From a virus (Duplodnaviria; Caudoviricetes), in the IMG/VR virus record IMGVR_UViG_2898545487_000004, positions 879-64,878 of that record: a stretch of 64,000 bases of DNA, one strand, 5' to 3'. A program made the translations under genes and the position numbers. Position 1 is the stretch's first letter. Each line of letters begins with the position of its first letter. Positions 9,642 through 18,900 of the stretch are shown here, piece after piece. Below the pieces are notes generated by a model. It was not told the DNA's origin, searched no databases, and worked only from the letters and a program-made list of their open reading frames with translations.

Positions 9642-10930
9642 ATCCGCTCCTGACGCGGTTCGCGAACGAACCCGCGCTGATCAATCCTGAAATGCTCGGT
9701 CTCGTGCAGGGCAACCTGGTCGAAGCCGCGAAGATCGACCTGTCCCGCGCGGTCGATCTGGCGAGCGATGATGATGATTTCTGGCCGCAGCCCGACAGTT
9801 GGGCCGCGCGCTATCGCCCATATGTCGTCAAGGACGGCACGCTGCAGATTCCGGTCAAGGGTGTGCTCTTGCACGACTTCGGCTGGCAACTCGATTCGTG
9901 GGCGACCGGTTACGACTACATCCTGCGCGCGTTCAAGCGCGGCATGGAAGACGGTAACGTCCAGCGCATCGCGTTCATCGTCCATAGTCCCGGTGGCACG
10001 GTCGCAGGCTGCTTTGAAACGCTCGAAAAGATGCAGGCCGCGAAAGCCGAAGCGGGGAAACCCGTGGAAGCGTTCGTCGCCGAAGCCGGATATTCCGCCG
10101 CCTACGCGACGATGATGGTCGCCGACAAGATCACCGTCACCCGCACGGGCGGCGTCGGTTCGATCGGCGTCGTCACGATGCACATCGATCAGTCGAAGCT
10201 CATGGACGAATGGGGTCTCAAGATCACGTTCATTTTCGCGGGCAAACACAAAGTCGACGGCAACAGCTTCGAGGCACTGCCCGATGACGTGCGCGAGCGC
10301 ATTCAGGCCCGCATCGACGACCTCTACCAGATTTTCGTTTCGGCCGTCGCGGAAGGCCGAAGCATGGATGAGCAGACAGTGCGCAAGACCGAAGCGCAAT
10401 GTTTCACTGCTCCCGAAGCAATATCGAACGGGCTCGCCGACAATGTCGGTTGGCTCGACGATGCCCTGGCTGCGTTTGTGGCCGATTTGTCCAACCCCTC
10501 CAATGATGAAGGAGACGACGACATGTCCAACAAGACGGACAATTCGGCGCCGGAAGCCAGCGCCGAGAACACCCAGCCCGCACTGTCGCAGGCTGACATC
10601 GATGCGGCGGTGAAGGCTGACCGCGCGCGCATCGGAGCCATCACCGGCTGCGAAGATGCCGAGGGCCGTGGTGCGCTCGCGAACCATATCGCGATGAACA
10701 CCGACATGGACCTCGACGCGGCCAAGGCGATGCTCGCCGCGGCCCCGAAGGAAACGGCGGCTGCACCCTCGGGCTCGCAGACCCCGTTCGACGCGGCTAT
10801 GGACGGCAACAGCCCCGATGTCGCAGCCGAACCCGATAACGCCGACCCGAAGGCCGAGGACGACGGCTCCGACACGATCGCGCTCGCGCGTCGCTTCGGT
10901 CTCGCCTGCGTCAGCGCCGCCGCGGCCTGA
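9638..10930 (+). CDS. S49 head-maturation protease with C-terminal scaffold domain
   Basis: HSPGGTVAG, AGYSAAY, TGGVGSIGV, FAGKHKVDGN; acidic Ala-rich C-terminus. Confidence 0.9.
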   Translation: MNPLLTRFANEPALINPEMLGLVQGNLVEAAKIDLSRAVDLASDDDDFWPQPDSWAARYRPYVVKDGTLQIPVKGVLLHDFGWQLDSWATGYDYILRAFKRGMEDGNVQRIAFIVHSPGGTVAGCFETLEKMQAAKAEAGKPVEAFVAEAGYSAAYATMMVADKITVTRTGGVGSIGVVTMHIDQSKLMDEWGLKITFIFAGKHKVDGNSFEALPDDVRERIQARIDDLYQIFVSAVAEGRSMDEQTVRKTEAQCFTAPEAISNGLADNVGWLDDALAAFVADLSNPSNDEGDDDMSNKTDNSAPEASAENTQPALSQADIDAAVKADRARIGAITGCEDAEGRGALANHIAMNTDMDLDAAKAMLAAAPKETAAAPSGSQTPFDAAMDGNSPDVAAEPDNADPKAEDDGSDTIALARRFGLACVSAAAA

Positions 10931-10959
10931 TCCAGATCACTTACGAAGGAGATTTTCTC

Positions 10960-11397
10960 ATGGCTGATGTTACCACCAGCTACAAGAACGCGGACGTCTA
11001 CGGTCGCGCCGCGTTCGAAGTGCTCGACACGTTCACGCAGGACAACCTGCTCGCAGGCAGCGAACCTCCGCTGCGTCCCGCACTGGTCCTTCCCGGCCTC
11101 GCATCGACCGACTTCGCGCAGTTCGAAGTCGTCGGCATCGACGCCAACGGGTTCGTGGCCCCTGCCGAATATGACGACGTCAATGCCGAATGGACGGTGA
11201 AGCCGTTCGGCGTGATCGCCCACTCCGCGTCGATCGGTGCGGGCGGCGCCAACGTCCACGTCTGGTACAGCGGCTGCTTCGCACTCGAAGGTCCGCTCGT
11301 CTGGGATGCCTCGATCGACACCGACGCGCTCAAGACGTCGGGTTTCATCGGCGCGCTCACCCCCTCGCAGATCATCGTTCGCTCGCGCGAAGCCTGA
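10960..11397 (+). CDS. Head decoration protein
   Basis: Position between protease and capsid; VWYSGCFALEGPLVW. Confidence 0.7.
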   Translation: MADVTTSYKNADVYGRAAFEVLDTFTQDNLLAGSEPPLRPALVLPGLASTDFAQFEVVGIDANGFVAPAEYDDVNAEWTVKPFGVIAHSASIGAGGANVHVWYSGCFALEGPLVWDASIDTDALKTSGFIGALTPSQIIVRSREA

Positions 11398-11426
11398 TCA
11401 CAGCACTCCCCTCCAATTAAGGATCA

Positions 11427-12536
11427 ATGACAATGTCGGACAATCCCTACGAACTGTGGTCGACCCGCAAGTCGCTTGGCGTCATGCGCGACACCAAGTC
11501 GGAAACGGTCAACTATTTCCGCCAGTGGTTCCCGTTCCAGCATCGCTCGACCGAGGAATATATCGACTTCGAGAAGCTGCCGATTCGCAGCAAGAAGCTC
11601 GCGCCGTTCGCCCTGCCGCTCGGCGAGGGTGGCAGCGTCTACGACGACTCGGCCCGCGCCTATCGCGTGAAGCCCGCCTATGTCGTGCTCGACGACGTGG
11701 TCGATCCGCTGAAGCCGCTGACCTATCAGCCGGGTATCGACCAGAGCCGCTTCGATGTGACCAAGCTGTCGCCGAAACAGCGTCTCGAGATGCTGAAGGT
11801 GCAGATCGCCGCCGCGCATCGCAACGCTTGGGACCGCCGCATGGAATGGCTCGCCGCGCGCGCCATTATCGACGGTCAGGTGACGCTCTCGGGTCCGAAA
11901 TATCCGACGACGTTGGTGAACTTCCAGCGCGCTGCGGGCCACACCGTCACGCTCGGCGCCGGCGACCGCTTCGGCGAAGCGGGGGTTTCGATCCTCGACT
12001 TCTTCAAGGCACAGATCGCCAAGATGTGCGCTGCGGAATTCGGCGGAATGCCGACCCGCATCACCATGTCGGGCACTGTCGCTGCAATCATCCAGGCCGA
12101 TGAAGAAATTCTGAAGCACATGGACATCAATACGACCGGTGGTCGTCACCAGGTCGAACGCGGCATCCTCGCGGCCGACCCGAAGCAGCCGATGGTCTAT
12201 CGCTTCGGCACGCTGTTCGTTGCCGGCAACAGCGGCGTCACCATCGAACTGTGGGTCAACGACGAGACCTACCAGAACGACGCGGGCGTGCAGACGCGCT
12301 ACCTGCCGGCGCACGAGATCGTGTTCACCTCGACGCCCGACGCCGTGGCCGGTCACGAGTGCTTCGGTCGCATCGTCGATCAGGATGCGGACTACGAGCC
12401 GATCCCGCTGTTCCCGAAGAACTATCGCACCGGGGATCGCGTGAAGACCGAGCATGTCTCGCACACCTCGTCGCCGCTCGAGGTGCCGATCAACCCCAAC
12501 GCAACGCTGAAGGCTGCGGTTATCGCCGCCGCCTGA
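11427..12536 (+). CDS. Major capsid protein (lambda gpE-like)
   Basis: 369 aa; RMEWLAARAIIDG, TVTLGAGDRF, SSPLEVP. Confidence 0.9.
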   Translation: MTMSDNPYELWSTRKSLGVMRDTKSETVNYFRQWFPFQHRSTEEYIDFEKLPIRSKKLAPFALPLGEGGSVYDDSARAYRVKPAYVVLDDVVDPLKPLTYQPGIDQSRFDVTKLSPKQRLEMLKVQIAAAHRNAWDRRMEWLAARAIIDGQVTLSGPKYPTTLVNFQRAAGHTVTLGAGDRFGEAGVSILDFFKAQIAKMCAAEFGGMPTRITMSGTVAAIIQADEEILKHMDINTTGGRHQVERGILAADPKQPMVYRFGTLFVAGNSGVTIELWVNDETYQNDAGVQTRYLPAHEIVFTSTPDAVAGHECFGRIVDQDADYEPIPLFPKNYRTGDRVKTEHVSHTSSPLEVPINPNATLKAAVIAAA

Positions 12537-12552
12537 TTGTTCTGAAGGACCA

Positions 12553-12595
12553 TACCGGCAGGTTTCAGCACCTGCCGGTATCACGTCAAAGGTGA
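12553..12595 (+). promoter_or_regulatory. 11-bp hairpin immediately followed by an operator
   Basis: TACCGGCAGGT-ttcagc-ACCTGCCGGTA (12553-12580), then TCACGTCAAAGGTGA (12581-12595). Confidence 0.7.
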
Positions 12596-12599
12596 TTTT

Positions 12600-12986
12600 A
12601 TGAGCAAAGACATGACCCTGGTTACCTCGATTCACGAGCTTCGTTACCGTGATGGCGACGAGCGCAAGATCGTCGAGCCGAACCAAACCGTCGAGATTCC
12701 TGCGAGCATCGCAGCGGAATTTCTCGCGCAGAAGGCGGCTCGTGAGCCGACCGAGGATGAAGCCGCCGTCTACGAGACGGTCGCCGCGCGTCGCGCCAAG
12801 ACTGCCCCGACGGATGATGCGAAGGCCGCTGCGGATGCGAAGGCCGCTGCGGATGCGAAGGCCGCTGCGGATGCGAAGGCCGCTGCGGATGCGAAGGCCG
12901 CTGCGGATGCGAAGGCCGCTGCGGATGCGAAGGCCGCTGCGGATGCGAAAACTGGCGGCAAGAACCCCGCCGACGCCATCGGCTGA
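12600..12986 (+). CDS. Virion-region hypothetical protein with DAKAAA repeats
   Basis: Follows capsid gene; globular N-terminus then low-complexity repeat. Confidence 0.75.
   Translation: MSKDMTLVTSIHELRYRDGDERKIVEPNQTVEIPASIAAEFLAQKAAREPTEDEAAVYETVAARRAKTAPTDDAKAAADAKAAADAKAAADAKAAADAKAAADAKAAADAKAAADAKTGGKNPADAIG
12816..12949 (+). repeat. Perfect 18-bp tandem repeat GATGCGAAGGCCGCTGCG x7.4
   Basis: Seven identical units plus a partial eighth. Confidence 0.97.
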
Positions 12987-12989
12987 TCG

Positions 12990-13376
12990 GTGCGTCGCTT
13001 CCGCGACATAAAGAACCAGATGCGCCGGGACCTGCATGACGAAATGCTGGTCCCGGCCTTCTACCGCGCGACTGCGGAATCCGCATGGGTTCCGGTCGAA
13101 GTCCGCGTTCATACCAAGATGAATCTCGTCGGTGACGACATGGAAGGCTACGGTGCCGACGGCGTCGGCGTCCGTGACATCACGCCCCGCGTCATTTTCA
13201 TGCGCAGTCAGGTTTCGGTTCCGACACGCGGCGCCATTGTTTCGATCAGTTCCGACGAAGCATGGCAGATCGCCGACAGCGAGAAACCCGACGGCATCAC
13301 GATCACTGCCATGGCAGCGCCCATTTCCGAAGCGAAGATCGCCGCGGACAACTACCCGGTGCGCGACGATGGCTGA
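12990..13376 (+). CDS. Head-tail joining protein (gpFII-like position)
   Basis: GTG start; RRDLHDEMLVPAFY...VRVH; synteny. Confidence 0.65.
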   Translation: MRRFRDIKNQMRRDLHDEMLVPAFYRATAESAWVPVEVRVHTKMNLVGDDMEGYGADGVGVRDITPRVIFMRSQVSVPTRGAIVSISSDEAWQIADSEKPDGITITAMAAPISEAKIAADNYPVRDDG

Positions 13377-13971
13377 TCCCTACGTCGTCCTTGTCCAGTC
13401 GCAGACGCTCGACAGCATCACGAGCATCGGCGCGACGATCGAACGCAATCTCGCCCGCGCAATCAACACCGTCACGCGCAACGCTCGAGCGGAGGCCGCG
13501 CGCCGCATCCGGCAGCAGGTCGCGTTTCCGGCACGCTATCTCAGCGGCGAGAATGGGCGCCTCTCGATCACCAAGCGCGCGAACACGATGGACCTGACCG
13601 CCGCCATCACCGGCAGGCATCGCGCGACATCGCTCGCGCGCTTCGCGACGACACCGACGTCGAAGCGTTCCGCAGGTGTCTCCGTGCAGGTCGAACCGGG
13701 ACTTGCGACGCGGATGCCGAAGGCGTTCTTCATTCCGCTCCGCAGCGGCAACACCGACACGCTCGGAAATGTCGGTCTCGCGATCCGTCTCCCTGAAGGC
13801 CAGACTCCGTCGCGAGCCTACAAGCCGAAGTTGCTCGGTCGGAACCTGTGGCTGCTCTACGGCCCGTCGATCGACCAAGTGTTCGACGACGTGGCTGACG
13901 AAATGTCCCCGGATCTCGCGGAACGGCTCGAAGTCGAATATCTCCGTTTGCAGGAGTTGGACCTTGACTGA
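13369..13971 (+). CDS. Neck/minor tail protein (gpZ-like)
   Basis: Basic protein; KAFFIPLRSG, LYGPSIDQVF; synteny. Confidence 0.7.
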   Translation: MADPYVVLVQSQTLDSITSIGATIERNLARAINTVTRNARAEAARRIRQQVAFPARYLSGENGRLSITKRANTMDLTAAITGRHRATSLARFATTPTSKRSAGVSVQVEPGLATRMPKAFFIPLRSGNTDTLGNVGLAIRLPEGQTPSRAYKPKLLGRNLWLLYGPSIDQVFDDVADEMSPDLAERLEVEYLRLQELDLD

Positions 13972-14479
13972 CCCCCTCCCCTTCCGCCTCGACGTGCTGC
14001 AGCGCCTCACCGAGACGGTCGAAGCTGTCTCCATCGCAGACGGTTACGCGCATAATCTAGCAGGTCTCGTGTTCCGCGGTCGCGCGCGATACGGCGAAAA
14101 TGATCCGTTGCCGATGGTCAGCTTCATCGAAGACCCGCGACCGAACGATCCCGTCGCCGAAGCGCGCGGCACGCAGGCACACCTGGTCGACTGGCGCATC
14201 TTGGTGCAGGGTTTCGTCGAGGACGATTTCGCGAACCCGACCGATCCCGCATATCGGCTCGCAGCTGACGTCGCCAAGGTGCTTAGCGCGCTGCGCGCCG
14301 GCATGGATCAGCGCAAACCAATCCTAGGATTCATCGAGAAAGGGCAGCGGATCGACAATATTTCGATCGGCGCTCCGATCGTGCGACCGCCCGACGAAGT
14401 TTCGGACAAGGCCTATTTCTGGCTCCCCGTCACACTCTCCCTCGTGGAGGACCCCGCAAAGCCGTTTACCTCAACCTAG
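13964..14479 (+). CDS. Tail terminator protein (gpU-like); TTG start inferred
   Basis: DGYAHNLAGLVFRGRARYGENDPLP...AYFWLPVTL; precedes tail tube gene. Confidence 0.7.
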   Translation: MTDPLPFRLDVLQRLTETVEAVSIADGYAHNLAGLVFRGRARYGENDPLPMVSFIEDPRPNDPVAEARGTQAHLVDWRILVQGFVEDDFANPTDPAYRLAADVAKVLSALRAGMDQRKPILGFIEKGQRIDNISIGAPIVRPPDEVSDKAYFWLPVTLSLVEDPAKPFTST

Positions 14480-14481
14480 AA

Positions 14482-14496
14482 TCACGCTAAACGTGA
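14482..14496. promoter_or_regulatory. Operator upstream of major tail gene
   Basis: gaaTCACGCTAAACGTGAttc. Confidence 0.8.
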
Positions 14497-14523
14497 TTCG
14501 CTTACCTCAGGAGTGACTCTCCC

Positions 14524-15270
14524 ATGTCCAAGATCAATCGCGAAAACCTGACGATCGGCCGCGGCCGACTGTTCTTCAAGCCGACCGGTGAGACGGGTTT
14601 TCGCCCGCTCGGCAACACGCCGGCTTTCAACCTGAATGTCGCCACCGAAACGCTGCCGCACTTCGACTCGCGTCAGGGTGTGCGCGTTCAGGACGCCGAT
14701 GTCCCGGTGCAGACGACCTACGGCGCGAATTTCACCGCCGACCATATCCAGTCGGAAAATCTCGCGATCTTCCTGCAGGGTTCGAACCAGGTCGTTGCGG
14801 TCGCCGCAGCCACCGAGGAAACTGAAGTGCTCGCCGCGATCACGCTCGGCTATATGTATGAGCTGCCCGCGAAGAAGGTCGCCAACGTTACCGCCGTCAC
14901 GGGCGCCACCCCGCTCGTCGCCGGCACCGATTTCACGGTCGACCTGAACAACGGCACCGTCGAATTCCTGCTCGACGCGACCGCGGTCGGCGATGGCGAC
15001 CCGGTGACCATCACCTACGACATCGTCGCGCACAGCTTCGAGCGCGTCTCGTCGGGCGCGGAAGTGGTCGAAGGCCAGCTTCGCTTCATCGCGGACAACC
15101 CGCACGGCGAGGACAAGAACTATCTGATGGGCGCGGTGAAGCTGACCCCCAACGGCGACTTCGGCGTGATCTCCGAGGAATGGCAGTCGCTGCCGTTCAC
15201 GGTCGTCATCTCGACGCCGGTCGGTGGCAGCGCCATCACCTGCGACGGTCAGCCGTACACCCCGGCATAA
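14524..15270 (+). CDS. Major tail tube protein
   Basis: LTIGRGRLFF...LGNTPAFNL...GQLRFIADNPHG...LTPNGDF...EEWQSLPF. Confidence 0.85.
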   Translation: MSKINRENLTIGRGRLFFKPTGETGFRPLGNTPAFNLNVATETLPHFDSRQGVRVQDADVPVQTTYGANFTADHIQSENLAIFLQGSNQVVAVAAATEETEVLAAITLGYMYELPAKKVANVTAVTGATPLVAGTDFTVDLNNGTVEFLLDATAVGDGDPVTITYDIVAHSFERVSSGAEVVEGQLRFIADNPHGEDKNYLMGAVKLTPNGDFGVISEEWQSLPFTVVISTPVGGSAITCDGQPYTPA

Positions 15271-15276
15271 TCGACC

Positions 15277-15756
15277 ATGAGCAGCACGGGACTTTCGACG
15301 GACGAGTTGGCTGCACTGAGCAGCCAACTCAACCCGTCGCGCCAGATCAAGATGCCGAACGGCGTCGAGATCAGCATTCGCGGCATCGCGCTCGACGATG
15401 CACTCACCATCTATCGCCGTCACGCCGGCGAACTCTCGGCATGGTTCGAACGCCTCGCGTTGCAGGCCATGGAGAATCCCGAGGCAGGTTTCAGCTTCGA
15501 CGCCAATATCGCATCGGCACTGGTCGACACCCTTCCGACCGTCACCGCTGACATTGTCGCGATCGCCATGGGTTACGATGATCCTGCCGTGATCGGCATC
15601 GTGCAGCGTATGGCGCTCGCGCCGAAGATCGCTGCGCTCGAAGCCATTGCGGATCTGACCTTCACGGAGGACATGCCGCCAAAAAAATTGTTCGAGACCG
15701 TCATTCAGGCAGCGGGCCTGGTGCGAACCAGCACCCCGCAGAGCGACGAAGCCTAG
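15277..15756 (+). CDS. Tail assembly chaperone (gpG-like)
   Basis: Between tail tube and tape measure; contains an A7 slippery site. Confidence 0.8.
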   Translation: MSSTGLSTDELAALSSQLNPSRQIKMPNGVEISIRGIALDDALTIYRRHAGELSAWFERLALQAMENPEAGFSFDANIASALVDTLPTVTADIVAIAMGYDDPAVIGIVQRMALAPKIAALEAIADLTFTEDMPPKKLFETVIQAAGLVRTSTPQSDEA

Positions 15757-15995
15757 CGCGGTGGCTGTGGGATCTGCGCAAACAGGCAAGTCTCTTGCGC
15801 GCGCATGGTCACACGAATGTCGGTCTCTACCCGATTCATCTGATCAGGGAGGAAGCGCGCATCATTGAAGAACGCCTGAGCATGGATCTCGCGTCGCATC
15901 TGACGGGAATGACCATGGTCGGCGCATCGCTGCTGGGAGGCAAGGAGGGGACGCGACTGCTGAACGATTTCATCGAGGGACTGACCGAGGAATAG
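15681..15995 (+). CDS. -1 frameshift extension of the tail chaperone (gpGT-like)
   Basis: A AAA AAA at 15681-15687; -1 frame is open to 15995 (LARWLWDLRKQASLLRAHGH...). Confidence 0.8.
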   Translation, partial: KKIVRDRHSGSGPGANQHPAERRSLARWLWDLRKQASLLRAHGHTNVGLYPIHLIREEARIIEERLSMDLASHLTGMTMVGASLLGGKEGTRLLNDFIEGLTEE

Positions 15996-15998
15996 TTT

Positions 15999-18900
15999 AT
16001 GGCAACTCGTGACGTTCAATTGGTGATCAAGGCGCGCGACGAAGCCAAGCGCATCTTTGATTCAATCTCCGGGTCGGTCGCGACCCTCATCGGAAATCAG
16101 GATCGCCTGAAAACGAGCGGTGCGACGCTGTCGACCGAGATGTCGTCGATCGTGTCGCAGCTGAAGACGCTCGACACCGCCTACACGAAGATTGTCGGTG
16201 CTGCGGACCGCGCAGAAGCCGCGCAGAAGCGCCAGAGGGACGCGCTCGCCGCGTCGAAGGCGCAGTACGCTGCGACCGCCGTCGAACTGCGGAATCTTGC
16301 GACAGCGCAGGAGCGGTTGCAGGTCTCGATCGTCGATCAGCATCTCGCGGGTCAGGACACCGCAGGAACCATTGCGCAGTTGAAGGCGGTTAATGCCGCC
16401 ATCGTCACGCAGACTGCGGCGCGAGGTCGACTGAAGGCATCCATCTCCGCGCAGGAAGCGTCGCTCGCCAGCGAAGCTGCCAGTTTCCAGCAACTCGGTT
16501 CGATCGCCATCGCCACGGAACAGGCGATCGAGTCTCTGACCGCCGCACAGGTGCAGCAGGCGCGCGCCGCTGATGCCGTGGCCGACAGCCAGGAGCAGGC
16601 TGCTCGCCGCATCGCGGCGGCGCGCCAGATCCAGTCGCAGATTGCATCGTCCACTGGTCTCGGCGGTGGCGGCAAATCCGCAGAGGATAGTGCGGCGGTG
16701 TTCGCCGCGGACTTCGATCGCGCCGCCGATGCGGCCGAACGGCTGCGCCAGCGCGTCGACCCGCTCTATGCGATTCAATCCCGGCTCAACACGGAACTCG
16801 CCGAGGCGAATGCCTTGTATCGCAAGGGTGCGCTCAGCGCCGACCAATTGGCGGACGCCGAACGCCGCCTGAAACTTGAAGCGGAGCAGGCCGCGACAGC
16901 ACTGGGTCGCACTGGACGCGGCGAACGCGGTGCTGCGGGACTGTTCGGCCTGAAACCCTACGAGCTCACCAATCTCGGCTACCAGGTCAACGACGTCTTC
17001 ACGCAGTTGGCGAGCGGCACTGCGCCGTTGCAGGTTATCGCGCAACAAGGTGGGCAGATTCTGCAGTTGCTGCCGAATATTGGTGCCCATCTCGTCAAGG
17101 CCTTCACGAATCCGTATGTGCTCGCAGGGATCGCGACGCTCGCTACCGTCGGCACGATCATGGTCAAGGCTGCGAACGATGCGCAGCGGCTCGACAAGGT
17201 TCGCGGTATTCTCGCTGGCGTCGGCGAGACGTCGAACGCTGCTGCGCGCGAATTGGAAGGTATTGCCGAGAAGCTTGAAGATATAGGGCTTACGGCCGAA
17301 CAGTCGATTTCGACCCTACGAAATTTCGTCACGCAGGGGCTCAACACCGAATATCTCGTCAGTTTCGCGCAGATGGCTAAACAGGTCGCCGAAGTCACGG
17401 GCGATGATCTTCCCGAGGCGATGGAGAAGGTGCAAGACGCCTTCACACAGGGCTATGACGCCGTTGCGGAACTAGACGATGAACTGCAGTTTCTCACGGT
17501 CACCGAACGCGACCATATTCGCGCGCTGTTTGACTCGGGGGAGGCGGCGGAAGCGCGCGCAGAAGCAGTCAGGAAACTGGCCGAGCATTTGCGTGACCAG
17601 AAACGGGCCTCGGACGAAGCGAAAAGCGGTCTCGACTCGCTAACCGATGGCCTGGACAAATTTCTCGATCGTCTTGCCGATACTCGCGTCGTTCGAGGTT
17701 TCATCGACCTCCTGGACGAACTCGCCGACAAGGCAGGTCGAGGGTTGCGGATATTCACTGGCGATGCGAGCGTCGAAGATTACACCGCTGAAATTGATCG
17801 ACTTCAGGGCAAACTCGACGAACTTAAAAAAGAACCGAAAACTCTGCTCGATGGCCCGATCGACTTCGCGCGCTACCAATATCAGGTTTCGATTCTAACA
17901 TCGACGCTGGAACGCTTGCGGAAGGAGCGCGACGAAGCCGCCCGCCGCGCTACACAGCAACAGCCGACCGGCGACACCGTCAACGAGGAAAGCGCCGCCC
18001 GGCAGAAGCGCCGAAAAGATCGCATCGACGAACTCAAACTCGAAGATGATATCAACAAGGCCCGCGCCGACGCCGACAAGATTCGCCTCGCCGGCGAGAA
18101 GGCTTACCGCGAGGAAGTGGAAAAGACCGGCGATGTTGTCGTCGCGCAGGTCGCACGCCAAGTCGCTGAAGATAAAAAGCGCGAGGAACTGCGCAAAAAG
18201 AACGAACGCGACGCTCAGAAATCCATTCAACTCGATCTGCCCGTACAGGGTCGCATCAGCAGCGGGTTTGGATTTCGCACGCATCCCGTCACCGGCAAAA
18301 AATCCTTTCACGGCGGAATCGACATTGCTGCACCCAAGGGGACGGCGGTTGGCGCCGCCGCCGATGCGATCGTGGGCGAAGTCGGTTTCGATCCGCTGCT
18401 CGGCAAATATGTCAAACTGAATCACGGCAAGGGTCTGATCACGGTCTACGGTCATCTCAGCGACAACTCGCAGGTGGTCAAAGGCGACAGTGTCCAGCGG
18501 GGGCAGACCATCGGCCGTGTTGGATCGACGGGTCGCAGCACCGGGAACCATACGCATTTCGCGGTGCAGGAGAACGGAGCGTATGTTGACCCGCTGCGCA
18601 ACGGACGCCGGTTCAAGGGAGGCAATGTCGGCGATGCGCAAATCGACGTCCAGAAGGAAATGGCGAAGCTGCAGAAGCAGCAGGAGGATTTCAACGCTGA
18701 GATCGACGCGGAGAATGAAAAGCGTCGCGTCAACATCGCGTATCTCGAGAAGGCCCGCACGCTCAGCGCCGAGGGGGTGATCGATGCGGAACGCCAGAAG
18801 GCGATCGATGAAGCGATCTTCGACGCCGAAACCAAGGCGCAGAAGAAGGGAATCGAACTCGACAAGGAGCGTCGCGACGCAATCGCCGAGACGGTCGGCC

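Noticed and set aside
12816-12949. Tandem repeats as a CRISPR array (also 44689-44842 and 51014-51364)
   Set aside because: No unique spacers between units; in-frame coding repeats or irregular iterons; no cas operon. DUF2800 is a Cas4-like phage recombination nuclease.
11424-13112. Long antisense ORFs (e.g. 11424..13112, 14482..15789, 21759..23501, 57150..58418)
   Set aside because: Shadow frames opposite well-supported genes, expected from high-GC codon bias; no motifs or RBS
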